Shown here: in pieces, positions 51,204 to 60,313 of the stretch
Layout of the letters: each line of letters begins with the position of its first letter
Position numbering within the stretch: position 1 is the stretch's first letter
DNA from: Candidatus Magasanikiibacteriota bacterium
Lineage (GTDB): Bacteria > Patescibacteriota > Patescibacteriia > Magasanikbacterales > UBA922
DNA: 64,000 nt
NCBI GenBank assembly: GCA_021648085.1
Contig: JAKITS010000001.1
Location: forward strand, 618,759-682,758
Reading direction: 5' to 3'
Program-made: the position numbers and the translations under genes
The notes under the pieces: model-generated
What the model was told of the DNA's origin: nothing
The model's input: only the letters and a program-made list of their open reading frames with translations
Databases searched by the model: none

Positions 51204-51494
51204 ATGTCTAAACAGCTCTGTAGGCAATGCGAACAAAGACCTGCTGGTCTACGAAAGAAAAATAGAATTATCAGAAATAGAGGTTTTGATCTTTGTCAAG
51301 CTTGTGAAGACAGGAACAAAGCTAAAGACAAAGTGCACAAACCTAAATACTCAAAAAGAAAGCCCATTATTGAAACTCTGGACCCAAGTGATTTTGAAGC
51401 AGATAGGATAAGATTTTCAAATGGAATACTTCCAGTTGAAACATATAGGATAGAGTATTTAAATAGACGACGTGTTAAATATATTTATATTTAG
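51204..51494 (+). CDS. Small basic zinc-ribbon protein (CxxC...CxxC), hypothetical
   Basis: 96 aa from the ATG after RBS gggag. CRQC ... CQAC. Very basic. GC content is higher than the genome background. Confidence 0.5.
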   Translation: MSKQLCRQCEQRPAGLRKKNRIIRNRGFDLCQACEDRNKAKDKVHKPKYSKRKPIIETLDPSDFEADRIRFSNGILPVETYRIEYLNRRRVKYIYI

Positions 51495-51570
51495 AAAATC
51501 AAATCTATATAAATATATTCCACAAAACCATCTAAAATGAGGTGGTTTTTTTATTTTTACTCAAAAAAGC

Positions 51571-51599
51571 TTGACAAATGCACAAAAAAATGATAATAT
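51571..51599 (+). promoter_or_regulatory. Strong sigma70 promoter with extended -10 (TTGACA, 17-nt spacer, TGaTAATAT)
   Basis: ttgaca at 51571..51576 and taatat at 51594..51599, preceded by TGa. Drives the GC-rich gene through a ~150-nt leader. Confidence 0.6.
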
Positions 51600-51753
51600 C
51601 CTCTAATCATTACTTGAGTTATAAAAGGCAATTAATTAGTTAATTCTCTTTTAAAGCTCAGGTGAGTTTTATATAGTAATTGATTTGCTGGAAATCTTTT
51701 ATTATTTAGTGCCCTTTTAAAAAACCAGCAAAAATCTTTTAAGGAGATTTAAA

Positions 51754-52782
51754 ATGAGTGAGATTGAAACTTTGAAATCTTTTGACGAGGCTGTTAAATT
51801 TGTTGTCCAGCGTTGGCTGGACATTGGAGGGGTAAAAGTTTCGAACTGGGACTTCAAAACCCAGTTCGAGTGTAGTTCCAAAGGCTGTGACTTCACAGCC
51901 AGCGTCACACAAAAATTTTTTGGTGAAGGCCTAAAAAAAGGTCTTTACAAAATATGGATCGATGTACTTGAAAACAAGTATGTTTGTCAGTACCACGCGC
52001 ATCAGGCTCGCGTGGCAAAAAAAGAGGATATTTTGAGGGGAAACCCTGAAATGTCCGACAAAGAAGCTTGGGGATCAACAGGAGTGGTTGCCGTGCCACT
52101 CATAAAGGTCTTCAAGGCCTTTCAAATGGCCGCAGATGGGGACTTCGAGCAGTCCGTAAAGGACATGCTCGAAGAAGATGTGACTTGCATCCTCTCCGTG
52201 CTGGCTGGGGAGCCAAAAAATATCCCCAGAAAAGAGGGGGTATTCCTGAAACTCGAAAGTCTCGAGTTTCTAGCAGAGGAGTTTAGACTTGAACTTGAAA
52301 AAGTCAAGTCTGAACTCACAGATGAAGAGCTAGAAGAGCTCGACGAAGAAGATGACCTTAGCGAACTCGGAAAAGAGTTTGTAAGGTTGAACGAAATCGT
52401 CGGGCTTGCAGAAAAGCTCATGGAGATCCTGGAAAAACTGGGTGAGCCATATCGGTACATCCAAGCCGGTGCAAAAGAAGCGCTGGCGGGAATTCTAGAG
52501 ATCACCGAAAGGGGAGCATTTTGGGTGGGTAAAGAACGGCGACAGCTGTTTTACCATCCAAACCAAGCAGTCCGGTACTACCTTGAAGGTAGACGGATGC
52601 GGAAATCTCCGCAAAAGAAAAGTTTCGAAAAGACAACAGGGATTGACCTGTCGTCTTTCCGAGGTGGGGACAAACCACTCTCGGCATCCATCTTTGAACA
52701 CATCAAAGATGGATATAAAACAAAAGGTCGGCGCACAAGCCGACAAAAACGGATGGGAGGAAAGAAGAACACTCACCAATAA
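51754..52782 (+). CDS. Hypothetical protein encoded by a GC-rich (about 50% G+C) gene of probable foreign origin. Acidic coiled-coil middle, basic C-terminal tail
   Basis: 342 aa. Strong RBS aaggag 8 nt upstream. Composition is sharply different from its flanks. It contains a CSSKGC...CQYHAH Cys/His cluster, an EELEELDEEDD acidic stretch and an RRTSRQKRMGGKK tail. Confidence 0.65.
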   Translation: MSEIETLKSFDEAVKFVVQRWLDIGGVKVSNWDFKTQFECSSKGCDFTASVTQKFFGEGLKKGLYKIWIDVLENKYVCQYHAHQARVAKKEDILRGNPEMSDKEAWGSTGVVAVPLIKVFKAFQMAADGDFEQSVKDMLEEDVTCILSVLAGEPKNIPRKEGVFLKLESLEFLAEEFRLELEKVKSELTDEELEELDEEDDLSELGKEFVRLNEIVGLAEKLMEILEKLGEPYRYIQAGAKEALAGILEITERGAFWVGKERRQLFYHPNQAVRYYLEGRRMRKSPQKKSFEKTTGIDLSSFRGGDKPLSASIFEHIKDGYKTKGRRTSRQKRMGGKKNTHQ

Positions 52783-52790
52783 CAATCATA

Positions 52791-52868
52791 GATCACACCT
52801 AACGAAAGTGGTGTGATCCACAACCAAACCCCACGCTTAATATAAGTAGCGTGGGGTTTTTTCTTTTA
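52791..52868 (+). terminator. Tandem hairpins: gatcacacc-(10-nt loop)-ggtgtgatc with no T-tract, then a canonical terminator aaccccacgct-(10-nt loop)-agcgtggggtt plus T7
   Basis: The inverted repeats can be read directly. The second hairpin is GC-rich and followed by ttttttctttt. Confidence 0.75.
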
Positions 52869-53080
52869 ATTAGTTAAATTATTTGTTTATATGTTTTCCT
52901 TCTACCATCTTTAGCTTAATTAGGGATTTAGGGTTTATTTCACAGTTCTATTTTGTAGACCACAGATTCCAAGTCAAGCTGAGAATGACAAATTAGAAGT
53001 TTTTTGTCTTATGTTATTTGTATCATACCCAATTTTTTTCTTTCTTAACCTACTTATTTGTCAATCTACTCTTTTTACTC

Positions 53081-53110
53081 TTGACAAAAAGCATCTAAAA
53101 ATGCTACAAT
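53081..53110 (+). promoter_or_regulatory. sigma70 promoter with extended -10 (TTGACA, 18-nt spacer, TGcTACAAT) for rpmE
   Basis: ttgaca at 53081..53086 and tacaat at 53105..53110. Leader to the rpmE ATG is about 20 nt with no SD. Confidence 0.55.
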
Positions 53111-53135
53111 GTTGGCATTACTAAAAATAACTTTT

Positions 53136-53582
53136 ATGAAAAAAGATATTCACCCACAAACATATCCTGTAGTTTTTATTGACACTTCTTGCGGAGAAGA
53201 TTTTATAACAACATCAACAATGACTTCAGACAAAAAAAAAGATATAGATGGAGTAGAACACTTCATTATTAATGTTGAAATTTCATCTGCTTCCCACCCA
53301 TTTTATACTGGTAAACAAATCTTAGTAGACACAGCGCGCCGTGTAGAAAAGTTTGAAGAAAGAATGAAAAAATCTAAAGCTTTGAGCGCTACAAAAAAGA
53401 CTAAGAAAACAAAGAAAGAAGTTGTAGAGGAAGTTGCAAAAGAAGAAAAAACTGAAACTCCAGCAGAAAAGGTTATAGTTGAAGAAGAAAAAGTTGAAAA
53501 AACACCTGAAACAACAAAAAAGGTAGAAGCTGAAGAAAAAGAAGAGATAGAAACTAAAACAACAGAAACTGAAGGAAAATAG
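53136..53582 (+). CDS. rpmE: 50S ribosomal protein L31 (non-zinc type) with a ~75-aa Lys/Glu-rich C-terminal extension
   Basis: MKKDIHPQTYPV...HPFYTGKQ matches L31. The ORF track start at 53109 lies inside the promoter's -10 element, so the ATG at 53136 is used. A long KE-rich tail follows the L31 core. Confidence 0.85.
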   Translation: MKKDIHPQTYPVVFIDTSCGEDFITTSTMTSDKKKDIDGVEHFIINVEISSASHPFYTGKQILVDTARRVEKFEERMKKSKALSATKKTKKTKKEVVEEVAKEEKTETPAEKVIVEEEKVEKTPETTKKVEAEEKEEIETKTTETEGK

Positions 53583-53599
53583 CAAATTAAAAACCAAAA

Positions 53600-53628
53600 A
53601 ACAGGTTCTTTTGATACCTGTTTTTTGT
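53600..53628 (+). terminator. Rho-independent terminator after rpmE
   Basis: Hairpin acaggt-tcttttgat-acctgt followed by tttttt. Confidence 0.7.
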
Positions 53629-53681
53629 TATAATAAAAATAATTAATTCTTAGATCTTAATCCTTAATTCTATTCTAAAAT

Positions 53682-54746
53682 ATGAACGAACGGTACACAA
53701 AAATTAAAGAAAGAAATACACAGCTAGAGCAAGATCTACAAAACCCTGCTATTGTTTGTGATCCCAAAAAACTAAAAGACATATCAAAAGAATACGCAGA
53801 ATTAAAAGAAACAATTGAAAAAATAGATCTTTTGGAAAAATTAACAAATACAATTTCTGAAACAAATAAAATATTAACCTTCGAAACGGATGATGAAATG
53901 ATAGAGATGGCAAAAACAGAATTAGTTGAAGCAAACACAAAAATAGAACAGCTGGACACAGAGTTGGAACTTTTAACAATTCCAAAAAATCCACTGGATA
54001 AAAATGATGTAATTGTAGAAATTCGTGCGGGAGCTGGAGGAGATGAGGCTTCACTTTTTGCTGGAGAATTGATGCGAATGTATATAAAATACTCAGAAAA
54101 TAAAGGTTGGAGATCTGCTTTAATTAGTGAAAGTGCAAACGAAATTGGCGGATACAAAGAAGTTATTTTCTCTATTGAAGGCACAAATGTTTATGCAGAT
54201 ATGAAGCACGAATCTGGAGTTCACAGAGTTCAAAGAGTGCCAGAAACAGAAAAATCTGGGCGTATTCACACATCTACTGCAAGTGTCGCAATACTGCCAG
54301 AAATAGAAGAAACAGAATTTGAAATTGATCCAAAAGATCTGAGAATAGATACTTTTTGTGCTGGTGGAAAAGGTGGGCAAAGTGTAAATACAACTTATAG
54401 CGCCGTACGAATTACACACATTCCTACAAATACAGTAGCTCAATGTCAAGATGAGCGATCTCAACTTCAAAACCGTATCAAAGCTATGAATGTTTTGCGC
54501 GCCAGACTTTACGAAATTGAACAAGAAAGAATTCAATCTGAACTAAAAGAACAAAGACGCGGACAAATTGGAACTGGAGATAGAAGTGAAAAAATCCGCA
54601 CTTATAACTTTCCTCAAGATAGAATTACAGATCATAGAATTCAAAAAAGTTGGAACACTATTCCAAATATTTTAGATGGTGACTTAACTCCAATTCTTAC
54701 AGCACTAAAAGATGCTGAGATGGAAAAACTGAAACAAGAAGGATAA
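53682..54746 (+). CDS. prfA: Peptide chain release factor 1
   Basis: 354 aa. GGQ motif ([10 protein letters not shown]), [14 protein letters not shown]. Followed by prmC, as is typical for RF1. Confidence 0.85.
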   Translation: MNERYTKIKERNTQLEQDLQNPAIVCDPKKLKDISKEYAELKETIEKIDLLEKLTNTISETNKILTFETDDEMIEMAKTELVEANTKIEQLDTELELLTIPKNPLDKNDVIVEIRAGAGGDEASLFAGELMRMYIKYSENKGWRSALISESANEIGGYKEVIFSIEGTNVYADMKHESGVHRVQRVPETEKSGRIHTSTASVAILPEIEETEFEIDPKDLRIDTFCAGGKGGQSVNTTYSAVRITHIPTNTVAQCQDERSQLQNRIKAMNVLRARLYEIEQERIQSELKEQRRGQIGTGDRSEKIRTYNFPQDRITDHRIQKSWNTIPNILDGDLTPILTALKDAEMEKLKQEG

Positions 54747-54846
54747 AATCACTTCGTTTAGATTAGAACAAAAAAACACGTCATATTGAGCGAAACGAAG
54801 TGGAGTCGAAATATGACGTGGGTAGTTTTCTAACTTTTGGCTTTTT

Positions 54847-55680
54847 ATGACAATTTTTCAAACAATTCAAAAATATAAAAACAGTATCGATAAACTCGAT
54901 GCTGACTTGTTATTGGCTTTTGTTTTAGGAAAATCTAGAGAATTTATTGCTACTAACCCAAAACATAAAATTCCCCTGCTTCAAAAAATTAGATTTGCAT
55001 ACTTGGTGAGCAAAAGAAAAGCTGGGTGGAGTGTAGCAGTACTTACAAAACACAAAGAATTTTTTGGATTGGATTTTAAAGTAAATAAAAATGTCCTAAT
55101 CCCCCGCCCTGATACAGAGATAATGGTAGAAAAAGTTTTGGAAATTGTAAATTCAAAAACAACTTTGATAGATGTTGGAACTGGATCTGGTTGTGTTCCA
55201 ATCTCAATTATTAAAAAAGGGCTGTCGATAAATAGTTCATCAAAAAATGTGTTCGCTGTTGATGTTTCCAAAAAAGCCTTAAAAATTGCAAAACAAAATG
55301 CGAACACACATAATGTTAAGATTGCTTTTTTGAAAGGAAATTTACTTTCAATTTTTTCAAAATTACCAGAACAAACAATAATCACAGCAAACCTTCCATA
55401 CCTCACAGAAAAACAATTTCAAGAAGAAAAATCAATTCAAAAAGAACCAAAGTTGGCACTAGTCGCAAAAGAAAGTGGACTTGGACTTTATAGAAAATTG
55501 CTTGAACAAATTAAAGATAAAAAAATACAAAAGCAAAAAATAAATATATTTTTGGAAATAAATCCTGAACAAAAAACCGAACTATCAAAAATAATTAAAA
55601 ATATATTTTCAAATCCAAAAACCCACTTTTACAAAGACCTCTCAAATAGAATTCGGATTGTGAAGATTTCTTTAAAATGA
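54847..55680 (+). CDS. prmC: Release factor glutamine N5-methyltransferase (HemK/PrmC)
   Basis: 277 aa. DVGTGSGCV motif I and NLPY (ITANLPYL) motif IV. Confidence 0.85.
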   Translation: MTIFQTIQKYKNSIDKLDADLLLAFVLGKSREFIATNPKHKIPLLQKIRFAYLVSKRKAGWSVAVLTKHKEFFGLDFKVNKNVLIPRPDTEIMVEKVLEIVNSKTTLIDVGTGSGCVPISIIKKGLSINSSSKNVFAVDVSKKALKIAKQNANTHNVKIAFLKGNLLSIFSKLPEQTIITANLPYLTEKQFQEEKSIQKEPKLALVAKESGLGLYRKLLEQIKDKKIQKQKINIFLEINPEQKTELSKIIKNIFSNPKTHFYKDLSNRIRIVKISLK

Positions 55681-55683
55681 AAC

Positions 55684-55712
55684 TTGACATTTACCTCAAA
55701 AAATGTTAGATT
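55684..55712 (+). promoter_or_regulatory. sigma70 promoter (TTGACA, 17-nt spacer, TGtTAGATT)
   Basis: ttgaca at 55684..55689 and tagatt at 55707..55712, with TGt immediately upstream. Upstream of the repeat-containing gene. Confidence 0.5.
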
Positions 55713-55753
55713 AAGCTTTGTTCTTTTACATCCCACTTAAAAAAGGAGGGGAA

Positions 55754-56701
55754 ATGTCATCCACCACAAAATTATTTAGTAGAAAATTGAATGAATTATT
55801 AGAAATTTTAAATTCTTGCGAAAGCACAGAAGAAGCGGTACAAATAGTAGATAATTTTGATAATCGCCACCAACATCTCCGAATGATAAAACAAGAACAG
55901 TTTGATAGTTTTGATAAACAAGTTCAATCGGCAATTCTAAAAAAGATGGGACTGTGTTGGACTAGTTCTGTTGTATTGAGTGAATTATTAGAAATTTTAA
56001 ATTCTTGCGAAAGCACAGAAGAAGCGGTACAAATAGTAGATAATTTTGATGATTTATACCAATATCTCCGGATGATGAAACAAGAACAGTTTGATAGTTT
56101 TGATAGACAAGTTCAACTGGCAATTCTAAAAAAGATGAGAATTCGTTGGGCCAGTTTTGTGGAAATTGTTGTAGAAAATCCTGGAATAAAAAAACAAGAA
56201 CCAACTCACTTACTCAAATTAATTTATAGGTACTCAACAAAAGACTACTTAACAAAAGAGAGTAAGGTTTATATGGAAAAACCTTTCAAAACACAACTTC
56301 TATGGAATAGGCAATTATTTTTACTATTTTTGTGTGATTGTGCAGAAAGTATTTTGCACTATTTTGAAGAGAGATATCCCGATGATAATAGACCCAGAAA
56401 TACAATTCAAGTGGCTAGGCGTTATGCATTAGGAGAAGCTACCAAAAAAGAACTTTCGGATGCAAGAGAAGAGATAGAAAAAGCAAAAGAAAGAGCGCAC
56501 TGGTACCTTGCAAACTACGCCGCACAAAGCGTATTATATACCGTTTGTCCATGGTGGAGATGTGTATATTACATTGGCTATGTATACAGTAGTACACACA
56601 AACGTATTTTGTTTTCTCCCGAAGATAGATTGTGGGAGTATCTTTCAGGAAAATTTACAGTTGAAGATGCCAGAAAATTATATGGAAGTAAAACTTCCTA
56701 A
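55754..56701 (+). CDS. Hypothetical protein containing two tandem 63-aa repeats (start at the ATG after RBS aaaaggagggg)
   Basis: 315 aa. LLEILNSCESTEEAVQIVDNFD...QEQFDSFD.QVQ.AILKKM occurs twice in succession. Cys/Trp-rich C-terminal part (CPWWRC). Confidence 0.6.
   Translation: MSSTTKLFSRKLNELLEILNSCESTEEAVQIVDNFDNRHQHLRMIKQEQFDSFDKQVQSAILKKMGLCWTSSVVLSELLEILNSCESTEEAVQIVDNFDDLYQYLRMMKQEQFDSFDRQVQLAILKKMRIRWASFVEIVVENPGIKKQEPTHLLKLIYRYSTKDYLTKESKVYMEKPFKTQLLWNRQLFLLFLCDCAESILHYFEERYPDDNRPRNTIQVARRYALGEATKKELSDAREEIEKAKERAHWYLANYAAQSVLYTVCPWWRCVYYIGYVYSSTHKRILFSPEDRLWEYLSGKFTVEDARKLYGSKTS
55790..56167 (+). repeat. Intragenic direct tandem duplication, 2 x 189 bp at about 90% identity
   Basis: gaattattagaaattttaaattcttgcgaaagcacagaagaagcggtacaaatagtagataattttgat occurs at 55793 and again at 55982. 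Confidence 0.85.
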
Positions 56702-56707
56702 AACACA

Positions 56708-56740
56708 AACCACCGGTTTTAAACCGGTGGTTTTTTTATT
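56708..56740. terminator. Bidirectional rho-independent terminator
   Basis: Near-perfect palindrome accaccggttt/aaaccggtggt followed by a T7 run. Shared by convergent genes. Confidence 0.8.
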
Positions 56741-56753
56741 TTCAAGATAAATT

Positions 56754-57884
56754 TTAATTATTTTTAGTTGTAATATCAATATCATCCGGTACAACTTCCA
56801 CCCAAATTTTTCCTGCGTTTAGTTTTATTTCTTTTCCAGATTCATCAAAAAATCTTGTTTTACCACTTAAACTTTCTTTTTCCCAAGTTCCTTTTATCAT
56901 ATTTCCTTTTTGAAAAACAAATGCTTCACCCTCACCAATTGTATAAATTTTTCTTCGTCCCACACCGTCTATTACTTTATTTTTCACTTTTTGGACAATT
57001 ACAGTATCTGCTAAAATCACTTCACCTTCCAAATCTCTTTGTTTTATATTTGACTGATAACGCATAAATTGCCCGTCTACATATTTCCAATCTACTACAA
57101 AAGAAGGATACAAAAATGGAATATTTATCTCACTAATACAATTCCCATCACATTCACTAACTTCTCCAAATTTCCAACCTTCATACTCTACAACATTAGA
57201 AACTTCCCTATCTTCTAAAAAGTTATTCCACAAATCACTAGAAGTATAAGTATTGTGTGGTGCAAGTCTAGCTGGACTCCTCCAAAAATACCAACTTCCA
57301 AAAAATTCATTTAAATCAAACACTTCTCTACTTTTTATCAAATCCAGTGCTTCTGGCGACCCACCAACATGCATATAAAGCATATCACCATATTCTTCAG
57401 ACCAGTCTAAAAAGTATGGTCTTGCGCTTCTCACTGGTCCTATTTTTTCCACTTCTGCCGATACAAGAAATAATGCAAAATATCGAGTATATCCACCTTC
57501 TACAGGAACCTCGTAAACAACAGAAGCTTTAGACATTCCAGACTGTGGTCTTGCATCTGGATGATTGTCTATCATAATACCTACTACTTGCTTACCCACC
57601 TCTTCTTCGCTTTCTTCTATGCAAACCCCGTCCAAAATATCTCTTTTTATACACTCTTCACCCTTCTCTTCTACAACCTCTTCTATCAAATCATCTATAA
57701 AAACATTATTTGCATTATTAATTTTAGCCAAATACCCCAAACCAAACCAAACTAAAAGTACAAATCCTACTAAAAATCCTACTATTGCCAAAAAATAAAT
57801 GTAAGCCACCTCATCTACTTTATTTTTTTTCTTTTTTAGCTTTTTAATTTTCTTTTTTATTTTTCCTTTATCTATTTCTTTCAT
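56754..57884 (-). CDS. DUF3048-family (YerB-like) membrane-anchored protein
   Basis: 376 aa. Polybasic N-terminus, one TM helix, then blocks PQSGMSKASVVYEVPVEGGYTRYFALF typical of DUF3048. Confidence 0.6.
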   Translation of the reverse strand: MKEIDKGKIKKKIKKLKKKKNKVDEVAYIYFLAIVGFLVGFVLLVWFGLGYLAKINNANNVFIDDLIEEVVEEKGEECIKRDILDGVCIEESEEEVGKQVVGIMIDNHPDARPQSGMSKASVVYEVPVEGGYTRYFALFLVSAEVEKIGPVRSARPYFLDWSEEYGDMLYMHVGGSPEALDLIKSREVFDLNEFFGSWYFWRSPARLAPHNTYTSSDLWNNFLEDREVSNVVEYEGWKFGEVSECDGNCISEINIPFLYPSFVVDWKYVDGQFMRYQSNIKQRDLEGEVILADTVIVQKVKNKVIDGVGRRKIYTIGEGEAFVFQKGNMIKGTWEKESLSGKTRFFDESGKEIKLNAGKIWVEVVPDDIDITTKNN

Positions 57885-57966
57885 ATAACTTTATTTTACC
57901 TGATTTAACCAAAAATACAAGAGCAGACCTATGCAGATCTGCTCTTTTTTATTTGTATTTTTTGTT

Positions 57967-58650
57967 TTATTTTTCCGACTCTTCTTTCTTTTCTCCTGCC
58001 TTTACATCAGCCTCAACCTCACCTTCTTCTTTCTTTTCTCCTTCCACCTTTATATCTTCTATGGATGTAGTTTCAGCATCATCTTGTGCCTTTAATTGCT
58101 CTTCTGACAGCGGTGCTGTTACTGATAATACTACAGCTTCCAAATCTTCCGAAACAGTAATTCCATTTGGAAGTTTTACATCTGAAACACGAATCACATC
58201 TTCAAAAGTTGCAAGCGGTGACATATCAACTTCAATTTCTCCAACCAAATCTTTCGGCAAACAAGTAACATTCAAGTTTTCTAATCCTTTGTTCAAAGTA
58301 CCACCCATCTTCACAGCTGATGACTCTCCAACAAAGTTCAAAGAAATTTCAGTATTAATTTCCACTCCCATAGGAATTTGACGAAAATCCACATGTTGCA
58401 CATCGCGTGTCACAACATTAATTTGAATATCTTGGATTAAAACACTGAAAGTTTTTCCCCCTTCAATTGCAAGCTCTACAAGGTTTGATCCAGCACCTCT
58501 ATATACCTTAAGAAATTCATTACGGTCCACAATAATTGAAATAGCTTCAACCTCTGGTCCATACAAAACAGCAGGAACTAAAAGTTGTTCACGAATCTCA
58601 TTTAAATTTTTACCAGCCTCTCTAGGCTTTGCAGTAATGGAAAATGTCAT
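57967..58650 (-). CDS. rplY: 50S ribosomal protein L25 / general stress protein Ctc, with an acidic/basic C-terminal tail
   Basis: 227 aa. N-terminal L25 domain (ITAKPREAGKNLNEIREQLLVPAVLYG) plus the Ctc-type C-domain. Confidence 0.8.
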   Translation of the reverse strand: MTFSITAKPREAGKNLNEIREQLLVPAVLYGPEVEAISIIVDRNEFLKVYRGAGSNLVELAIEGGKTFSVLIQDIQINVVTRDVQHVDFRQIPMGVEINTEISLNFVGESSAVKMGGTLNKGLENLNVTCLPKDLVGEIEVDMSPLATFEDVIRVSDVKLPNGITVSEDLEAVVLSVTAPLSEEQLKAQDDAETTSIEDIKVEGEKKEEGEVEADVKAGEKKEESEK

Positions 58651-58652
58651 AT

Positions 58653-58994
58653 CTAACCAATTAACGATTTAATAAATAGGGACTGTTTATTTTCTAATAG
58701 TTCATGAAAATTTAACAAGTCGTCTTCTGTAATTACATTTTTTAACAAAAACTTTTGCATATCTTTTAGAACCAAATCTGTAATAATTCCAATAGAGCTT
58801 ACACCCAATTGAGAAATTACCAATAAAACTAAAACTGCATTTTCACAATTATCACAAGTGATATGTATCAAATGTGCCTCGTTTTGTTTTTGTACTATTT
58901 TTGCCTTTTCTACTATGTAATCTTGCTTACATAGAGGACAATGTTTCATCAATCTTAATGCTTCATTAAGAGGATTTTTTGAAGAAAACTTCAT
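58653..58994 (-). CDS. Hypothetical zinc-ribbon protein
   Basis: 113 aa. CPLC ... CDNC motifs. Confidence 0.45.
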   Translation of the reverse strand: MKFSSKNPLNEALRLMKHCPLCKQDYIVEKAKIVQKQNEAHLIHITCDNCENAVLVLLVISQLGVSSIGIITDLVLKDMQKFLLKNVITEDDLLNFHELLENKQSLFIKSLIG

Positions 58995-59122
58995 AATTTT
59001 AATTTCATACTATCTAACAATATTACACCTGAACAATTGTATAGATGCAAGACTCTTAGTGGGCATACTATAACATCTAACAAAGAAAAAGTCAAGAATA
59101 ATAGTGTGTTTATTACTTTTTT

Positions 59123-60241
59123 TTAAAACTCAAAACTACTACTTATATTCAACGACCTGACAATACTTTGTATCAAACCTATTAATAAAAAATTAATTAT
59201 GAGGGATGAGCCCCCATAACTTAAAAAAGGGAGTGTGACACCTGTTACTGGTAAAATTCCAGTTGCAGCACCTATATTTACAACTATTTGAACCAAAAAT
59301 AAAATAGCTACACCTAAGATTACAAAAGTGGAAAAATCATCGTCACACTCACTAGCAAGCCAAACTAGGCGTAAAATTAATGCTAAAAATAATCCCATTA
59401 CTAAAAATACCCCAATAAAACCAAGTTCTTCTGCAATTACAGAAAAAATAAAATCTGTCTGAGCTTCTGGTAAAAAATGAAGTTGGCTTTGTGAGCCAAA
59501 ACCTAAACCACGCCCAAAAAAACCACCTGAACCAATAGCAATTGTAGATTGTATTACATTGTAACCAGAACCCAAAGGATCACGAGATGGATCTAAAAAA
59601 GTCATTAACCTTTCTTTTTGATAATCTTTAAAAAGAAAAGACCACCCAAAAATAAAACTAGACAATACAATTCCTATCAAAATAATAATGTGCAATTTTT
59701 TTGTTCTAGTTAAAAATAATAAACCCAACCAAACACCCACCAAAACAGAAGCAGAGCCAAGATCTGGCTGAAGTAAAATAAAGCCAACCAACAAGAAAAC
59801 TGCAGAACCACTAGAAGCAATAAATTGCCATTTTTCAAAACCTCTACCCTGCCTGGAAATCCACCAACCCATCCAAACAATTAAAGCAAACTTTGCAAAC
59901 TCTGCAGGCTGAAAAGAAAAACCAGCAAACCGATACCAACCAGTAGTTCCTCTAATGTTAACACCTAAAAACAAAACTGAAATGAGCAAAATCAATGCTA
60001 AAATGTATATCCATTTTGCACCTGCAAAAAATATAGTACTGTGCAATCTACCAACAATAAACAAAATAGAAATTCCTAAAACAAAAGAAATAAGCTGGTT
60101 TGGTACATAAACTAAACTAAGTCCTTTTGACAAATCTACACTATAAATTGCAGCAAATCCAATCGCTGTTATTGTTACCACTAAAATAATAGTCACCCAA
60201 TCGTAACCCCGCATTAATGATGTCTTCCTTAAAAATCTCAT
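59123..60241 (-). CDS. SEDS-family peptidoglycan glycosyltransferase (FtsW/RodA)
   Basis: 372 aa, about 10 TM helices, conserved FtsW/RodA blocks. Confidence 0.85.
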   Translation of the reverse strand: MRFLRKTSLMRGYDWVTIILVVTITAIGFAAIYSVDLSKGLSLVYVPNQLISFVLGISILFIVGRLHSTIFFAGAKWIYILALILLISVLFLGVNIRGTTGWYRFAGFSFQPAEFAKFALIVWMGWWISRQGRGFEKWQFIASSGSAVFLLVGFILLQPDLGSASVLVGVWLGLLFLTRTKKLHIIILIGIVLSSFIFGWSFLFKDYQKERLMTFLDPSRDPLGSGYNVIQSTIAIGSGGFFGRGLGFGSQSQLHFLPEAQTDFIFSVIAEELGFIGVFLVMGLFLALILRLVWLASECDDDFSTFVILGVAILFLVQIVVNIGAATGILPVTGVTLPFLSYGGSSLIINFLLIGLIQSIVRSLNISSSFEF

Positions 60242-60313
60242 AATTTTATGATAGTTTTCTATACTACCACAAGAAAAAGAATTAAATAAATACCTAATTC
60301 TTAACTTACAAGG

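Noticed and set aside
52068-52816. Cluster of overlapping ORFs on both strands (52068..52286 +, 52122..52505 -, 52495..52785 -, 52502..52687 -, 52578..52772 -, 52583..52816 +)
   Set aside because: These are artefacts of the locally high G+C, which leaves fewer stop codons. The 51754..52782 frame has a proper RBS, promoter and terminator and spans the whole region.
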